DNA from: Magallana gigas
Lineage: Eukaryota
DNA length: 64,000 nt
NCBI RefSeq assembly: GCF_963853765.1
Contig: NC_088859.1
Coordinates: 25,792,001-25,856,000 of the forward strand
Direction: 5' to 3'
A program made the translations under genes and the position numbers. Each line of letters starts with the position of its first letter. The first letter of the stretch is position 1. The notes under the pieces are model-generated. The model saw nothing but the letters and a program-made list of their open reading frames with translations. It was not told where the DNA came from and made no database searches. Positions 62,596 through 64,000 of the stretch are shown piece after piece.

Positions 62596-63855
62596 TAATA
62601 AAGATTAAATAGAGATAGGATCATCAAACATCAATAATTTAAAGATAATTGACAATTTCTGATTCTAAGGGGGTCAGGATGACCCCTTAGGGTCATGACT
62701 TACATGCCATAATGATCTGATGCGCCTGCATGACCTAAGGAGGAATAATATCTTTGGATTAAGGTGGGGATCTCAATGGTTTTTATGATATTTGATAATT
62801 TCAGGAAGAGCACTTGGGATCATGACCTACATACCATCTTAAATGCCTTGAACAAAGAAACAATAATATAATATGTACATGATATATGATTCAATTTAAG
62901 AACCCAGATATAGATCAATCATCTGTTTTGTAATACTTCCTATGTATATATACATGTACATGTATTAGTTTGTGTTTTGTTCTATACTATTCATGTTCAT
63001 GACTGTAGTATGGCTTAGTCTTATTTTAAATTACATTAAAAAATTGTCAAATATATGACTTGGAACCCCCACTCCCAAACAAACTCAAATATAAACTGTT
63101 CTCTCTCTCCCCCCCCCCCTTCCTTGTCGAATAATCTATTAAAATCAAAATATAATTTGGGTGTCTAAAAACTTTTATAAACTGGTAAAAAATGTTATTC
63201 TTAAAAAAAATTACATTACACCTTGCATAATTGACAAATGATCTATTAAGATACGGTCAGAGGTCATATTTCTACCTTGGGATCAATAAGTAGTATTCAT
63301 TGACAAGTTAAAATTAATTAATAACAATAAATGATTCAAATTATAAATGTTTATACTCCACATTCACCCCCCCCCCCCCAATCTAACCTGCTTATAAAGA
63401 TTCAGTCTTCTTAATACATTCTTACATGTGTACAGTAGCAAATTTTAAATCATTTCTTGATTGCTTTTTCTCTCGTGATTCACATTAACATTTTGGAAAT
63501 TGCTTAATTCAATTTTTAAGATTTATAAACAAAATGTTATATGCATCACTGCCATGTGTATTCACCTATTTGGGGCAATTGTAAAGTCTCCTAAACAAAG
63601 CAGTGACATCATTAGGCTAGGAATTCCCCACATGGATCAAACACTACTGTATAACATATGAATAAGATAAAATACATTATTATTTCTAGTTCTAAAATGT
63701 CAGGGTGTCTCCAAGGGGGCATAATCTTACAATACAATTTTACGCGCAATGACACAAAGAGCAAAAATAAATTAAACGGTTTAGGGATGAGGATCTTAGA
63801 TCTCAGAAGTTAACAAAATATACAGTGTATCATATCATTTCCTATTTCATAAAGG

Positions 63856-63894
<39 letters not shown>
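63856..63894 (+). repeat. Poly-G run
   Basis: Directly visible; the length is unreliable in a consensus sequence. Confidence 0.9.
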
Positions 63895-63898
<4 letters not shown>

Positions 63899-64000
63899 AG
63901 ACAACACCTGGGGGTCATTAATGTACTTTACACCAGTTGATGCATCATAATGACTTTAGAAGATATTTTGTATTTTCCTGTTTCGTGGGGTCAGAACAGT

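Noticed and set aside
63560-63650. Candidate upstream exon of the cytokine receptor (good acceptor and donor on the minus strand)
   Set aside because: All three frames contain stops. It could at most be a non-coding exon.
63856-63894. G-quadruplex regulatory element
   Set aside because: Poly-G/C runs are frequent throughout the window and their length is unreliable in assemblies.

Overview
AT-rich (roughly one-third GC by eye), intron-rich animal DNA. The (GA)n microsatellites, Helentron-type repeats and TA-flanked MITEs look like an oyster or other bivalve; that is an inference from repeat style. Positions 1-20 kb are repeat and relic sequence with no gene I can support. One GC-rich orphan exon lies at about 21 kb. 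From 26 to 60 kb I hand-spliced five loci with GT-AG introns: (1) an MTFR-family mitochondrial fission regulator (-, 8 exons, 425 aa); (2) ARMC1 (+, 8 exons, 276 aa), head-to-head with MTFR; (3) RMC1/C18orf8 (-, 22 exons, 655 aa); (4) an inverted pair of small MG-start stathmin-domain-like paralogs whose ATGs are only 154 bp apart, one with a frameshift; (5) a gp130/Domeless-like type I cytokine receptor (-, 5' end not found). Main items for a second look: the ARMC1-MTFR divergent pair, which mirrors the vertebrate ARMC1-MTFR1 arrangement; the divergent paralog pair sharing a CRE-rich mini-promoter; an intronic minisatellite built from tandem 3' splice acceptors; a set of fold-back elements with GNA-triloop centres and 6-bp flanking direct repeats; and an orphan exon with a repeated RYHHWP motif. 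No database search was possible. Names rest on remembered motifs, and exon coordinates were counted by hand and checked for phase consistency.
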